Of a stretch of 64,000 nucleotides of DNA, positions 11,143 through 24,670 are shown piece by piece. Every line of letters starts with the position of its first letter. Position 1 is the first letter of the stretch. This stretch comes from Octopus sinensis (Eukaryota). The translations under genes and the position numbers were made by a program. The stretch lies in NCBI RefSeq assembly GCF_006345805.1, contig NC_042999.1:116994001-117058000 (forward strand). Direction: 5' to 3'. The notes below the pieces were generated by a model, which worked only from the letters and a program-made list of their open reading frames with translations, ran no database searches and was not told the origin of the DNA.

Positions 11143-13419
11143 TAATAAAATAAACTAAAATATAAAAGTCCATAACAAAATCAAAAATGTTCAAATAAAA
11201 GTCTCTAATGCAAACACAAAAAAGAGCAGAAAGTCAGACAAGAGAAAAAGAACAAAGGAAGACAGTTCAAATGACAACAAAATTCAACTTTGGTAATCCT
11301 TTTTAGCACAGTTAAAAATCCCTTACAGCACAAAAATAGCAGCAAAAAATTTCTGGTTGTACACCAAATGTTAAAATACTCCAAATGGTAAAATTCTGGC
11401 TGTACTCATAAATTTCCGGAAGGACACACCTCCCGAAAACACACACAATTCTCACTAAAAAGTGAGTCTTTTAGTACAACCACTGGCAAACAAATGTCTG
11501 GAACACAGTGGAGACCCTTGTTCAAAAAGAAAATAATAACCATATGGACGATGGACTTGGTAGCAGTAAGCAAGCTACTTACCACACAGCCACTCCTACG
11601 CCTATATGCAATTATTTTGCGAACTTAAATTCAAACACTTAGTTTTAAATAACTGCATGAAGAAGAGTTTATGTAACATGAATAATTTCTCTAATTTGTT
11701 TTGAACTGTAAATTTAAAGTTTTATTTTTTATTACCTCCTCAGTAGATAACCTGCTAATTAATAGCTCTTACATGATAATTCAGTCTTTAACATCTTAGT
11801 TTACTTTTGAAAAAAATTAGTTTTCTTTACTTGGTGAATTAGTTGGAGTTAGATATGGTATCTATAATGTTTTGAGTCATATTTGGTAAAACATCAATAA
11901 CAATTTGTGTAAATGATTAAATTAGTATAAACCTCCAAGTCAGCCAAACTTGTTTTAACTGATATATTTAGCCTATTAATAGAAGGGTTTCTTTAATCAT
12001 TAATTTTCGACTGTTCACATTGTATTTTTCATCTTATGGTGAAAAGACCATATATGAAATTTGCTTTGTCTTTGGTGGTTTCATTTCATTCATGGAATTG
12101 AAAATGATATACTTGAAAATCTTGTTTTCCCTTTCTGTTATCTTTCTCTTGCATAAGAAGTTTTTTGACTGGATACACAAGCTCATAAAATCTGTTATAA
12201 ACCCTGTAAAAATATTGATATTTAAAAATTGTCACTACAAGTTTAAAATTGACTGAAACTAATGCTTTTTGAATCAGGCAACATATTAAGTTTATTCATT
12301 TGTAACTTCTGTAATTTGTAGTGTTACCTTGGAATATTGCTCTAAAGTTAAACTGTTTATAGATTCCTCTCCTTGTATATTTTCAGCCAGACTCTTACAA
12401 TATGGCAGTATCATATGGGATTTAGGTTTCATTTCTCAAGGCTAAAGAAAATGGTAATCTTTCCAGCAAATATAGCTAATGTTACTGTAAAACAAAAACA
12501 AAAAAAAGTTTATTGAAGAAGATAAAAGACTGATTAACTTGCTGGTAACTAATGAAGGTAATGCATGTGTTTACATGTTCATGGCTTGCAAATGCTATAT
12601 ACACCTGGTATATACTAAATCTGTCATTTCAATATACCACATGAGACAGGTCCATAGCAAAAGGGATTTCTCTCATCTGCAGAACTTGATGTATAAGAAC
12701 TGCAGACATTTTGTGAAGCTGATAAGAAATAGGTGTGTCACTGTCTGTCCAATGATTACAATTGTTCCAGCTGATTAAATTCTCTGATGTCAGAACCAGA
12801 GTAATAAAGTAATCCAAACTCAAAAGAATAACACTTATGAATCACTTATATTATTTAAAATTTCAATCTCAAGCACACTTTGTCACATGATTATATTATC
12901 CTTCATGTGTATATACTGAAAGTTGTTACAAACATGAACTATGTCTCCTAAATTCTACATTTCTGGGAAAATAATTTTGAATACATAACCTAGGTCTGAT
13001 CTCTCCATTTACAAGAATGTATGAAAAGTGAAACATAAATCCAATACGATACTGCTGTATTTTAAGGTTTCTGGACGAACTATACAAGAAAAGGAATCTG
13101 TAGACAATTTAACATCAGAGCAATATTTAAAAGAAATGGATGGACATCCCAAATGGAAGAACTTAAAACATTTTAAATATGATGGACTTAAAGGATGAGA
13201 ATTAAAGAGGCCTGGAAGTTTCCAGTTACGAGAAAATTTATAGTTTTATGTATGTAGAGGATGATAAACCACTATGGGATGAGATGCACTATAGTATAAA
13301 CTAAAAAAATATTAAAAGAACCTGATCAATAAGCTCAGCTCAGACTTCATTTTAATAGGATTGCTTTTATCAGAATATGCTTAATCATACTATACAGACA
13401 TTTTGTCTATGAACACATT

Positions 13420-13760
13420 ATCATCATCGTTTAACGTCCGCTTTCAATGCTAGCATGGGTTGGACGATTTGACTGAGGACTGGCGAACCAGATGGCTGCA
13501 CCAGGCTCCAATCTTGATCTGGCAGAGTTTCTACAGCTGGATGCCCTTCCTAATGCCAGCTGCTCTGAGAGTGTAGTGGGTGCTTTTACGTGCCACCGGC
13601 ATGAGGGCCAGTCAGGTGGTACTGGCAACAACCACAAAAAAATCATGTTTTTTTTATGTGCCACCTGCACACCGGCACAAGTGCCAGTAAGGCAAGGCTG
13701 GTAACGGTTACACTTGAATGGTGCTTTTTATGTGCCACTGGCACAAACGCCAGTAGAATA
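13420..13760 (-). mobile_element. SINE-like repeat with RTE-type 3' end (...CCAACCCATGCTAGCATGGAAAACGGACGTTAAACGATGATG)
   Basis: The same terminal sequence recurs at ~21780-21990 (-), ~27340-27550 (-), 29589-29727 (+), 37205-37352 (-), 40138-40450 (-) and ~40690-40780 (-). Confidence 0.8.
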
Positions 13761-14379
13761 ATGAAACTTTGAGCTACAATTTTTTTTCGATTTAACTTTA
13801 TATAGAAATGACACTTTAGGTGAATGGAGTATATATGTGTATGTATGTGTGTATATATATATATATACACCATTTAAAATTTAATTTAAATCAATATATA
13901 CAAGAGGTAAAAATGTGTCAAGTCTGTATTTATCTTAATGTACAAAGGTAACTTGAAATTTGCTTGGTAAAAATCTCGCACATCATCTGTATTACGTATA
14001 AGATTTACAGTTCCAGTTTTAGTTTATACTCTTAACTCTTAAACATTGCTTCTCAACTTTTGTCTTTATTGCAAATATGAATAATATTTTTGGTGCCTCA
14101 GAGCCAAATCATAGATGAAATTAATATTAGTCATTGTAACCTTGGATACTAAGAACCTATTTACCATCTTAGACAATATTAAGTATTCTACATAACTGCA
14201 TTTTAAATGGATAATATGACTATAGTAATTGAAATGTGATGTGACAGCTTGGCTTTGCCACACTTTCAAATATTAAACTATTGTCAGCATGTGAGAGCAA
14301 ACATCTTAGTTCTATCTGGTAAACATGTTATGATTATCTCTGTTATATGTTTTGAAATATCTGCCATACATTTAAGAAA

Positions 14380-14950
14380 AAGCAAGTCATTATTTGAGAT
14401 TTGAACTGTCATAACATTTATGAAATTTATAGATAAACCAACCCAGATACAAGACAATAGACATTGGCAGAAGTTAACATAAGCCTCATTTTAAACTGTG
14501 CAAATTTCACAAAGGTGACTGCTAGAAAGCAGTGAATAGGAAATTTGCTGATCTCAAACCTGTACTGACTCCCCACTGTAGAATACACCCTCTTCATTAT
14601 TCTCTTGTAGTAATAGGATACAATAATCTAAAAATATTCTACTGAAGTATTAATTTTACAGTGACTAAATATGAAACACATTCTTGTTGCTATGACCAAT
14701 TTATGGAGTTGATTCAATAAATGTATGTTGAATTAGAAGTTGATGTTGTACCAGCCCCACAACTAAACACTTAGTGGTAAACAGCTCTACTAACAATAAT
14801 GACTGCCAAATTTCCACACCCATATGTCAGTGCCATTGAAAACTATGTGATTAGCTGAGTTGTTACTTTGCATTTATAGAGTTTTCTTCTTGCTGGGGGA
14901 ATAAAAAAATTGATCCATTCCACAAACTTTTAACTACAGTTAAGCAAAGC
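14380..14950 (+). mobile_element. Heavily decayed L1/Tx1-like RT fragment
   Basis: Residual similarity to the RPISLLNxDYKIxTKVxAxRL region around 14470-14530; no open frame. Confidence 0.35.
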
Positions 14951-16237
14951 CTTGGAAGTTATTAGTATGTTATTACCTTAAATGTGTCACAAACCAACAA
15001 AGATTTGATTTTTCTAGTGATGTAACAGTGATGGTGCATAGCCAGGTGGTTGCACTCATGATTGCTAGATTATGGGTTTGTTTCCTGGACCAGGTGACAT
15101 GTTGTGTTTTTGAGCTAAACACTTCATTTCATGTTACTCTAGTACTGTGTGGGGACTGGCATGTCAAAGAATAGACCCAGTATTTCTTCTGCGTCATAAA
15201 AGGTGACTAAAAAAGGTTGAGGAAGGATTTGCACTCTATCAGCAATAACTATCCAAACAGACTCGTGTGTTAGAGGGTTGTTGCTTTAGTATTGCTAAGG
15301 TGTCATCCCCTAGGAGTAGGGACTCCCCAACAAATAGTGAATGCTACAATGCAGTGTTATGGCACATACTCCCAAACTACTACTTCTAATAGTGCTTGTA
15401 ATACTGTAAATTCAAACCAGACTCATAGCTTTGGAAGACCTAGGTAACAAAGGAGCTTCTATGACATCACTTGGTCTGCTAGAAATGGCAGCCGAATGAC
15501 CCTCCATGTACATTACCACCTTTAAAAAGAGGATTCATTGGATAATATACTCTTAGATACAATTAAAAAAAACTTGATGGTCACAGCTGAAATATCTTTG
15601 ATCATAGGCCTTGAATTGAACAACAACCATAGCTATAGAGAAATGTAGACATACAACCTTTACTCAAATACTTTTGTGAACATTAAAGCATAAGAGAAAT
15701 GATTTTCTGTATTAACAAAGCCATGATATTCCTGACTAACAATTCCCAACAACAAATAAAAAAAAAATGACCAGCCTAAACTTACCACCTACCTACATTC
15801 TTTTATAAAAAAAAGTTGACACACCTAATTACCAAGCACTAAAATACTAGAGTTTGTACCATTGACCTTCACTTTCAAAGTGAAATTATTAAATCCAATA
15901 ATACCAAAAACAACAAAAATACGCTTACACCTTGAGCCTACCTAACAAAAGAGAAATCCTTACAGACTTGTTTACAAAGTTCTACATACATGAATAAATT
16001 TTAAGCAATAACATAACCCTGATCAATTAAAATTTATCCAAAAACAATTCCCCATAACAACCAACCATAAAAACCTAATGACCACTGCACTCAAACCCAC
16101 ACACCCAAGGAAGATTTTAACTCAACAGAGACTATATAAAGGCAAGACTAACTCCAATGCATCACAGTCCAATGATAGCTTAGCTGGCCAAAACTTTGAA
16201 GTCACTGTCAAATACACACTTGTTTAAGAGTGTGTGC

Positions 16238-16975
16238 CAGTATGGCTGTATGGCTAAGAAAGCTTACTTCCTAATCATGTGGTTTGGGGCTCAGTCCCAC
16301 TATGCTGCATCTTTTTGCAAGTGTCTATTGCTATAAGTCCTAAGCTGACATTAGCCTTGTGAGTTGATTTGGTAGACTGAAACTGTAAGAAGCATGTGTG
16401 TATTTGTATGTACCATTGACTTGACATCAGGTGATGGTTGTAAATGAATGCCACAATCATATGATTAATGTAATTCATTTCTAGTCTTCCATAAAAAGCA
16501 TATCTGGCCATGGAGAAATATTGCCTTGCTTGGAAATAGGTGAAGGATGTGACAGGAAGGCCATGTGACCATAGAAAATCTCCCTCAACAAATTCTCTCT
16601 GACCCATACAAGTGCAGGAAAAAAGGACATTAAAACAGTGTTGCTGCTGCTGATATATTATAGATGCAGGTATGACTGTGTGGTTTAGAAATTTGATTCC
16701 CAATCATGTAGTTTTGGGTTCAATCCTACTGCATAGTACCATGGTCAAATGTCTTCTATATAGCCCCAGGTTGATCAAAACCTTACGAGTAGATTTAGTT
16801 GACAGAAACCAAAAGTTCCTTGTAATATATATGTATGTGTTTGATTCTTTTTTCTCAGTAAATTGTAAGCTACAATTTAGAGAAGTGTTAGTGACAAGAA
16901 TGGCATCCAGCTGTAAAAACAATACCTTAGAAATATATCTATCTAACTCATGGTAGCATGGAAACATGGACATAA
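16238..16975 (+). mobile_element. Two head-to-tail tRNA-derived SINEs (same family as 8500-8900)
   Basis: Heads at ~16240 (GTATGGCTGTATGGCTAAGAAAGCTTACTTCC...) and ~16668 (GTATGACTGTGTGGTTTAG...), each followed by the GATTTGGTAGAC.GAAAC core and an RTE-type tail. A further copy lies at ~33340-33500. Confidence 0.75.
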
Positions 16976-17467
16976 TCACAAATGAGAAAATAATTATATA
17001 TTTACTTTTTCCGACTAGTTCCAGTTTTAGTACAAGAATATTGGCTTGGTTAGAGAAAAACAGGCAGCATCCAGGCTTGGAGGTTGGGGATTGCTGCCTT
17101 AAGAAGCAGAGCTTTAAAATTTATACTTATCTTCAGGTTAGGAATCTAGTGTAGTTGCTTTCATCATAGTGGACTCTGCTAAAGGTACCCAAAAGGCAAG
17201 TAGTGGTTTGAAACAAAGTGAGGGAGTGATTGTACCAATCAAAAATAGGTGCAGTCCTGTAGACTACTACACTGATTCTCTCAACCCATTTTCAATTGGA
17301 TTGCTTCAGGTAACCATTGTTAAAGTACAAAATGCTTAAGTTACTGTACAATAGGATCCAACACAGAACCTTGTGATTGCAAAGCAAGTTTTTATGTACA
17401 AAGCTATTTAGCCACAGAGGAAAGCTTCAGCTTCACTTAAATGTATATACTCTATATATATTAAATA

Positions 17468-17769
17468 GAGTGGCCTAGTGGTTAGAGCAGCAGACTCGCG
17501 GTCAAAGGATTGCGGGTTCGAATCTCAGGCCGGGCGATGTGTGTGTTTATGAGCGAAACACCTAAGCTCCACACGGCTCCGGCAGAAGGTAATAGTGAAC
17601 TTCTGCTGACTCTTTCGCCACAACTTTCTCTCACTCTTTCCTCCTGCATCTTGCAGCTCACCTGCGATGGACCGGCGTCCCGTCCAGGTGGGAAACCTAT
17701 ACGCCAAGGAAACCGGGAAACCGGCCCTTATGAGCCAGGCATGGCTCGAGAAGGAACAAACAACAAACA
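17468..17769 (+). mobile_element. Young, full-length tRNA-derived SINE with V-SINE-like central domain and 12-bp TSD
   Basis: A box TGGCCTAGTGG (17471-81), B box GGTTCGAATCT (17515-25), (AACAA)n tail, TSD ATATATTAAATA at 17456-67 and 17770-81; CpGs retained. Confidence 0.88.
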
Positions 17770-19279
17770 ATATATTAAATACTTCTTATTTATAAAATTA
17801 AACACACATATTTTGTGTATGTGTATTAAATTGTTTATATAATAACATTATAGTATGTTCTTATCTAACTACCTTTTCAAAGGTGAAAGAAAAAGAAAGC
17901 CATAAAAAAAGAAGGGAAAATAAGAGATGATAGATGGTGGTGATCATGATGTTAATTTGTTGTTTGTTGTTAGCAGTCCTGGTTGTGTTGGTGTCAGCCA
18001 TGTCAGTTGTTGTAAGGCGACAGAATGAAAAAATTCAGTTCACAAAAATTGTTTGCCATTATTTCTTTACTACTTATAAAAACTACCATGACTATCTCCA
18101 TTAACTAACACCATACCATCATCACCACCACAACAAACTATTACAGTTCTTATTGTATGTGCAAATATGTGTGTGTGTGATTATACATCTATGGATTCTG
18201 CAGCATTTCATTTTGTTCTTTTTTCCTGTCTTTCACTGTTACCACCTCAACTAACACCTGTTAAAACTTATCTCTTATTTTTTCCTGTATCCCTCTGTTT
18301 TGCCTGCCATTTGCTCTTGTCTTCTCCATAATAAGAACAAAGTTCCCCAGTTCAGTAACAAAAGCCTTGGAATTCCCATGGGTTTTGCTTATAAGACTTA
18401 TTTGAAGACTTTTGTAGTGAAATCAGATATCAGTGAAGAAGGGCAAATTGGAAATAAGTATGAATGGATGTAAATATAATTAGGAAGCCTAAAAAGAAAC
18501 CCAGATAAGCGAAAAATGTTATTGAAAATTGAAGTGCACTTTCAGGATAAGATTCAGGTCATAAGCTTATAGTTAGTGACAATTGGGTAAGAAAATATAA
18601 GTTATTCATAACTGAAGTGAAGAACAAGTAAAATGTTGCTTTGATATAGCTAAAATTAACCTAAGCAGTGTGATAGTCAAAAAGAAATATGTTGAAGGTA
18701 AAAGTAAATTAAGAATAGTAGTCCAAAAATTACGTTTGTGTCAACATAGAAGGATTAACATGGCAACATTAATTATAGTGATATCATGTATTTAGGAAAG
18801 TAATTGCATTCTTATAATGGCTTATTAATGCTTCTGTTTGCATAAAGCTCATTGCTTAAGATACAACCAATACAAAATGTTTCTAATTGAGTGCTAATAG
18901 CACATTTGGTTCAGAACTTCATTTAAACGTTTCAATTGAAGATTGACTGAATTGACTGTTTACTGTTAATTAAAGAGGTCACAGGTTTGTTTCATTTGAA
19001 TGCAATATTCAGCTTTCTGAATGGAATTTACAATTTTATTATTAAAAGAAATCATTATTAAAAAGATTAAATTTTGTATTTAGCATTTTCTATATTTCAT
19101 ATTATTTTTATTGACAATTTAGCAGAGACATGTACATATGGATATTTCTTATATTTATAGATTTCAATCATAAATAAAGTATTGTATTTCCTTTTGGTAA
19201 TATATTGTTTGTTTGATAAAATTTAATTATTTTATCACATTGTAACTTAAATGTATGAGTAAACTAATTTAATGATTAT

Positions 19280-20430
19280 AACTTTTTTTTTTGTACTAAC
19301 ATGGACAGTACATCACCACTTGTTTCAGTCCTTTGTCATTTTGTCTCAGAGTTCCTATGTCATTGACTGTGACCTTATAATTTTTCCCCATATATTTGGT
19401 TTTCCTCTACTGTAGGTACCTTCTCTTATCACAACAATATTCTTTTATCTAGCACTCTTCATCCATTAACTTTCAACATCTATCATATGTAAACACTGCC
19501 TATCTGATATTCTTTTGATAAAGGCTTTTAATGCCTAGTTATTCTCTCAACTTGCATGTACTCCACCATTTATGCATATTAGCATTAGGTCTTTAATGGA
19601 TCATGTATAACTAACTTTTCTCCAGATTACACTAGTCTTCCACATTCAGTGATGCGTCTTTCTATCATACAGTATCACACTTATATATACTTTATACTAT
19701 CTACCTTTTGAATGGAAGATAGGAATACTTTGTTGTCAACATCTTGAACTTCATTTCTCAATCATTCTTCTGTATTCCGGCAAGTATTTTTCCATAAGCC
19801 ACCTATAGTACTAATTAGCAGAAACTATCATACATAGTGAACTGTCTGAACTTTATTTTATAGATGCCAATTATTGCCAACTAGTCCTGTACATCTCTCA
19901 CATCTCAAGTTCTTGTTCTTGATCATGCTGCCAGAGATCCAACTGTACTTCCTTGTATGTCCATTATTTAAACTGAGTTAATAGCATCAGCTATTACATA
20001 GTGAGCCTTACATATTGAGGGAGGCCTCTTGATAGCACTGCAGTTTCATTAGTCTTCGATATATTTACCATTTTTAAGTTACTGGATTTTTGACAGTTCT
20101 TTCAGGTTTGGAATGTTATTTGCAACTCCTAAAGATTCTGCAATGAGAACCATGCTTTCAGCATATAAATATTCCCAAAGATATACATTATTTGTTCATT
20201 TTTCTCTTAATGTTTTCATGTTTATATTAATAGATAACCAGGCTTGTCTTCATAAGCTTTTAGTCACTAACCAGCATGTGGAATTTACATTGTTACTTTT
20301 CCACAGTACATATGTACCCGCTTAGACAAGATGAGCTTTTCTGCTATAATGAAAGAAACCCAGCTAGGAAGATTGGCACTCCAACATAAACCTTTCAAAT
20401 ATTTGTACAGAGTTGACAATACTTCTTATG
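19280..20430 (-). mobile_element. Decayed RTE-X-like LINE RT region
   Basis: Minus strand gives WEYLYAESMVLIAES (from WELLYADDLVLIAES) followed by remnants of a Cys-rich segment. Related fragments at ~24130-24440 (-), ~44480-44720 (-), ~48730-48930 (+) and ~54400-54900 (-). Confidence 0.65.
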
Positions 20431-22749
20431 GTATGATGATAACATACTTTCTAAGAGAGTAATCAGTCTAAAATAAAATTGGTACAAGGTGGTGAGGATC
20501 TCTAATACTAGTGTCGTGAAAAAACTGTTATTGATGTTAGGAAGGGCATGTAGTAATAAACCTTTAGCCAAATAATAATGCAGTTCATTCATTGAATCAC
20601 AGGGCAGAATTCCAAAATATTATAGCACGTAACTGTACGAATGTGAATTAAACTTCTATTCATGTTCATAGTTGTATAAGTAGAAGTAATCTTTAGAGTG
20701 TACAGTTGTAAGATTAGATTAAGAAAAGAGCTAAGGATAAGAAATTTTGTTTCTCAGTCCTGTCAGAATGCTAAAAAACTTGCTGTAAATATGTGTGATT
20801 ATGATGAATTTTCTGTTAACACAGTCAACAGCTACAAGGGAATGGATAGTGGTTTAGAACAATTCTTAGGGTCTTGAAGCTAATAGATTAGCTCATGAAA
20901 TTTAAGAGAGAGTCAAAATAGAGTTAATGAATCGGATTGGAATTGATGCAAGGCAAGGAACCAAGGCTGTTGTGGCACTAATTGAGTTGTCCTCATGAAT
21001 AACCATACAGCAGTCTTTGATAAGCAATAATAAATATAAGTCATATGTAGACTAAAATAGGGTCTAAGATCATATAGTCAGTAAAGAATTTCAGATTTAG
21101 ATTATCTTTTATTTCAGTTTCTTCATTCTTTTTTCAAACTCTTACATTGAAATGTAAAACTAATTTTGGTGATTATAATCTATAGAGTCAAATGGCTTGA
21201 AAATGTGAGAGACTAAGACCCAGATTCTGTCCAAGTACTCTCTCAGTAGATACACAATTCTTAATTACAGACTGAGCAACTAATAATAAATTTATTTTTA
21301 TATAATAAAAATACAAACTATAGAACTTTTTTTTTTTGCTATAGGCATTACATAATTAAACCACCATGAATAACTGAAATTTGCAAACAATAGTTTTCTG
21401 GTGGTGGTTGTCAAAGTTCCAAAAATATTTTTATGAACCTATACTAATCAGAATTTTGAACATTTTGTTACATTAGATTATTGATAGTAAAGATTAAGTT
21501 TCTAATTACTAGTTTAGAATGAAAATACCTTTAATTGGTTAATAAAGCTTTTACCTTGTCAAGTTAGGTTAAAATAAACAGTAAGCACATTTGAAATTAT
21601 TTTGAAAAGAATTCATTTCAGCATTCTCATCATTATACACGGTATATCATAAATCATTAGATTGGTACTACTTGGAATTAATGAATCCAGTTTGTTCTGT
21701 ATACTTCCCACTATAAATTGAAATAGTCATCTTTCTTATTCAATAATTCAAATTTTAATTTTTTTTCTGTCCTTGAAACCACCACCATCATCATTTAGCA
21801 TCCATATTTCTTGCCTGGATGGGCTGGATGGTTTAACAGGATCTGACAGGTCAGAGAACTGCATAGAGCTCCAATGTCCTTTTTGACATGGTTTTTATAA
21901 CTGAATGCTCTTCCTAATGGCAACCATTTTAGAGAGTATATTGGGAGATTTTTCATCTTACCTGCACTTGTGAGGTTGCCATATAGCTTGCTAGACGAGG
22001 TCCCTTGATTAAGGTGGATGTAGTGTTGAGGGAGGTTGCTCATGCCAGGCATTACGAGACAAGAGTATGATAGCTGGAAAGAGATGTCTGGTTGTTTGAG
22101 GAGATACATATCTACTCCAGCAAGCAAAGGAGAGAAGATTGTGATGTGTCAAGATGTACCCTCAAGGCACAAGAGAGTGACTGTGAAGGGGACAAAGACA
22201 GAGGAACAGATGATGGGGATAGGGATGGAGGATCAGGTAAGTTCACAAGAGTGTAAGGTGAGCAACAGATGGCTAGAGGTAGGAATATAGGTGATGCAGT
22301 AAATGGTAAACAAGGGAGTGGGTTGGTCTGATGTAAGATACTGTTTGTAATTATTTAGCCTGCACTTTGGCAGGATTCATGAACAATTGCAAAAGAAGCT
22401 AAAGTTCCTCAGTTAAAATGGGGTCACAGCTTTCAAACCTTGGGGTAAATAGTTTGTAAAAGCTTCAAACCTTAATTAAATTTGAGATTATGTTTTATTC
22501 CTCACAGCAAATTATTTGTGAAAAGCTGAGAGAGACTTTTAAAATGAATCTGTTACAGTTGTAAGTATGTTCTATAATGAAAGGTATAATTCTTAATGTA
22601 AATTGGCAGTTTTAATTTACTCTGTCATATTTTTATGCTAAATTCATTTTAAAATATATCAATAATACAGTACAGTAGTCCTTAAGGTTAAGGTGTTGGA
22701 TTAACTCTACTCAGTTTATGATATCAGCTGCACTGCTGCCCTTTTGTCC

Positions 22750-23720
22750 AGCACTGTCATCCACATTCCCTACCCTGACTTTCACCTTCCTGCTATTCAG
22801 TTGCTCCACTAAAACCATTCTTAACAACTGCTGTCTTTTATAGTTCGACCCTGCAACTTTTCCCATCTTCCCTGAAATTCCATTCTTTTCATCTATAAAC
22901 CTCCTCTTCTTTCATCTTCCTTGAATCTCAATTCTTCTCTCTCAAATGCGATAAAAATTTACACTGCCTTCTGGTCAAGAGCTCTTTTAATCCAACACCC
23001 AGAACCTTCACTTGCTCTTGCATCCCAGTGCAACACTTACAACACCACAATCAGTTGAGGCCCCAAGCCTGCTATCCACATTTCTGACCACTTTGATTGC
23101 ACTTCTGCTAATCTGGTTTACTGCATTGCATGCCATCACTGTAATGCCTGATTTATTGGTCAGACCACTTGATGTCTAGGTGACCACTTCCATGAATACT
23201 TGATTGATGATGTCTGCAATATTCTTGGCATCTTGAAACTGAAACCTCACTACCTTAACTCCCCTGACCACCCTCATCACTCTCTGCATTTTCAGTTTGC
23301 CAGCCCAATGGTTGAAAGGCTACCTGCAAGCTTAGTGAGCAACAGCTTATTTTCCAACTAAGAACTTCCACTCCTTGTGGTTTGGATACTTATCTCTAAT
23401 TCTGCACCTCCTTATGTTTTTCTTCACATCACTCCTTTTCTACCTTTTTTTTTGTTTTGTTGCAACTGTGACTCTGTGCCCTTCACTGGTTAATTCACAC
23501 TACCCTGCAAACCCTTCCTCACATACCTTTTGCACTAACCACCTCTCTCTACCTTCCTTCCTTTTAATCCACGCTTTACTTTCTACCAATCACCTCTTCC
23601 TCATTTCCTGTCTCTATCTTTTAATCTATTCACTTCTTTATTACTTTTGCCAGCCGTTACTGATTACTTTGTAGAAGGACTCATATCCAAAATTTCAGAT
23701 TGTTTCACTCCTCATGAAAA
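22750..23720 (+). mobile_element. Decayed Penelope-like element 3' part (GIY-YIG endonuclease plus CT-rich tail)
   Basis: ~23090-23200 translates DHFDCTSANLVYCIACHHCNA*FIGQTT*CLGDHFHEYL, the PLE GIY-YIG pattern FxCxSxNxVYCIxCxxC..YIGxT. Confidence 0.75.
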
Positions 23721-24444
23721 CCTAACTTACTGGCACCTACAAACTCTTTTGGATTTTATTACCATTGTTGGTGAGGCAGACTTTCAATAGTTTCCTCCGT
23801 TTTCAGATTTTATTCTCTCTAATGAGATATCTTCTGCATTATGCATCTAAATATGGCATATAACTTTGCTTTTTCCCTCTTTGGTTGACTCATAAACAAG
23901 TTCTAATTCACAGTTGAACTTTTAATGTATGAAGAGCACCCAAAGGATATAGAAATGCTAACAAAACAAAACAAAAAAGAAAAACCCTGTTCATAAAAAC
24001 TTAATGAAAAGGAATATAAACTGGAAAGACTCTTCTGAAATGGGATAAATGATATAAAAATGTTTTATTTATTTTGTAAGTTTATATTTATTATTGCAGT
24101 GTGTAATCAATCTTTTTAATCCCTTACCATAAAGATCAATCCCAACTTAGAATTCTTCTTTTTTGCCACTTCTGAACCATCTTACTTCTGTAAGCAATAT
24201 ACCTGCTGAGAAAGCCTCTACATTTACTTTTTACTTCACCTGTAACTCTCTCCACATTGCATTCTCCAAAACTATCCTTCCCCACTTTACCATGCTCCCC
24301 ATCTTCAGTATGAACAACCCACAACTAGAACCCTCAATATTGTTAGAAATGCTAGATTTCACATCACCTTCTGTGTGCATTTCTCCTAATGATCATTCTT
24401 CCTCAATATTACAAAGAATACACCACTTCAGTCTCCACAAACTA

Positions 24445-24670
24445 TTAACCCTTTAACATTCAGATTTCTTTGTCAAATGTATTGCTTATTTATTCACATT
24501 GTTTTGAATTAATCATGCATCATCTTGTAACTTTGAGATTTCAATGGTGTTTGTATATTTTTAAAATGACATTGTAGTGTAGGTTTGAGACATTGGATCT
24601 GGTCAGCTTTAACATAAAACAAGAAGAATATTTGGGTCAGATGTGGCTGGATTAAATGATAAAGGGTTAA
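24445..24670. mobile_element. piggyBac-type MITE (TTAA-CCCT...AGGG-TTAA)
   Basis: Terminal inverted repeats TTAACCCTTTAACATT / AATGATAAAGGGTTAA. Other copies at ~29146-29369, 34189-34376 and 61185-61388. Confidence 0.78.

Larger units (their letters stand above)
8901..11565 (-). mobile_element. ORF1-only (HAL1-like) non-LTR retroelement bounded by a 15-bp TSD GTAAGCAAGCTACTT (8886-8900 and 11566-11580)
   Basis: Exact 15-bp direct repeat; A-rich 3' end AAATAAAATGAAATA on the - strand; ~420-nt 5' UTR; gag-like ORF; no EN/RT ORF2 in sense orientation between the TSD copies. Confidence 0.75.
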
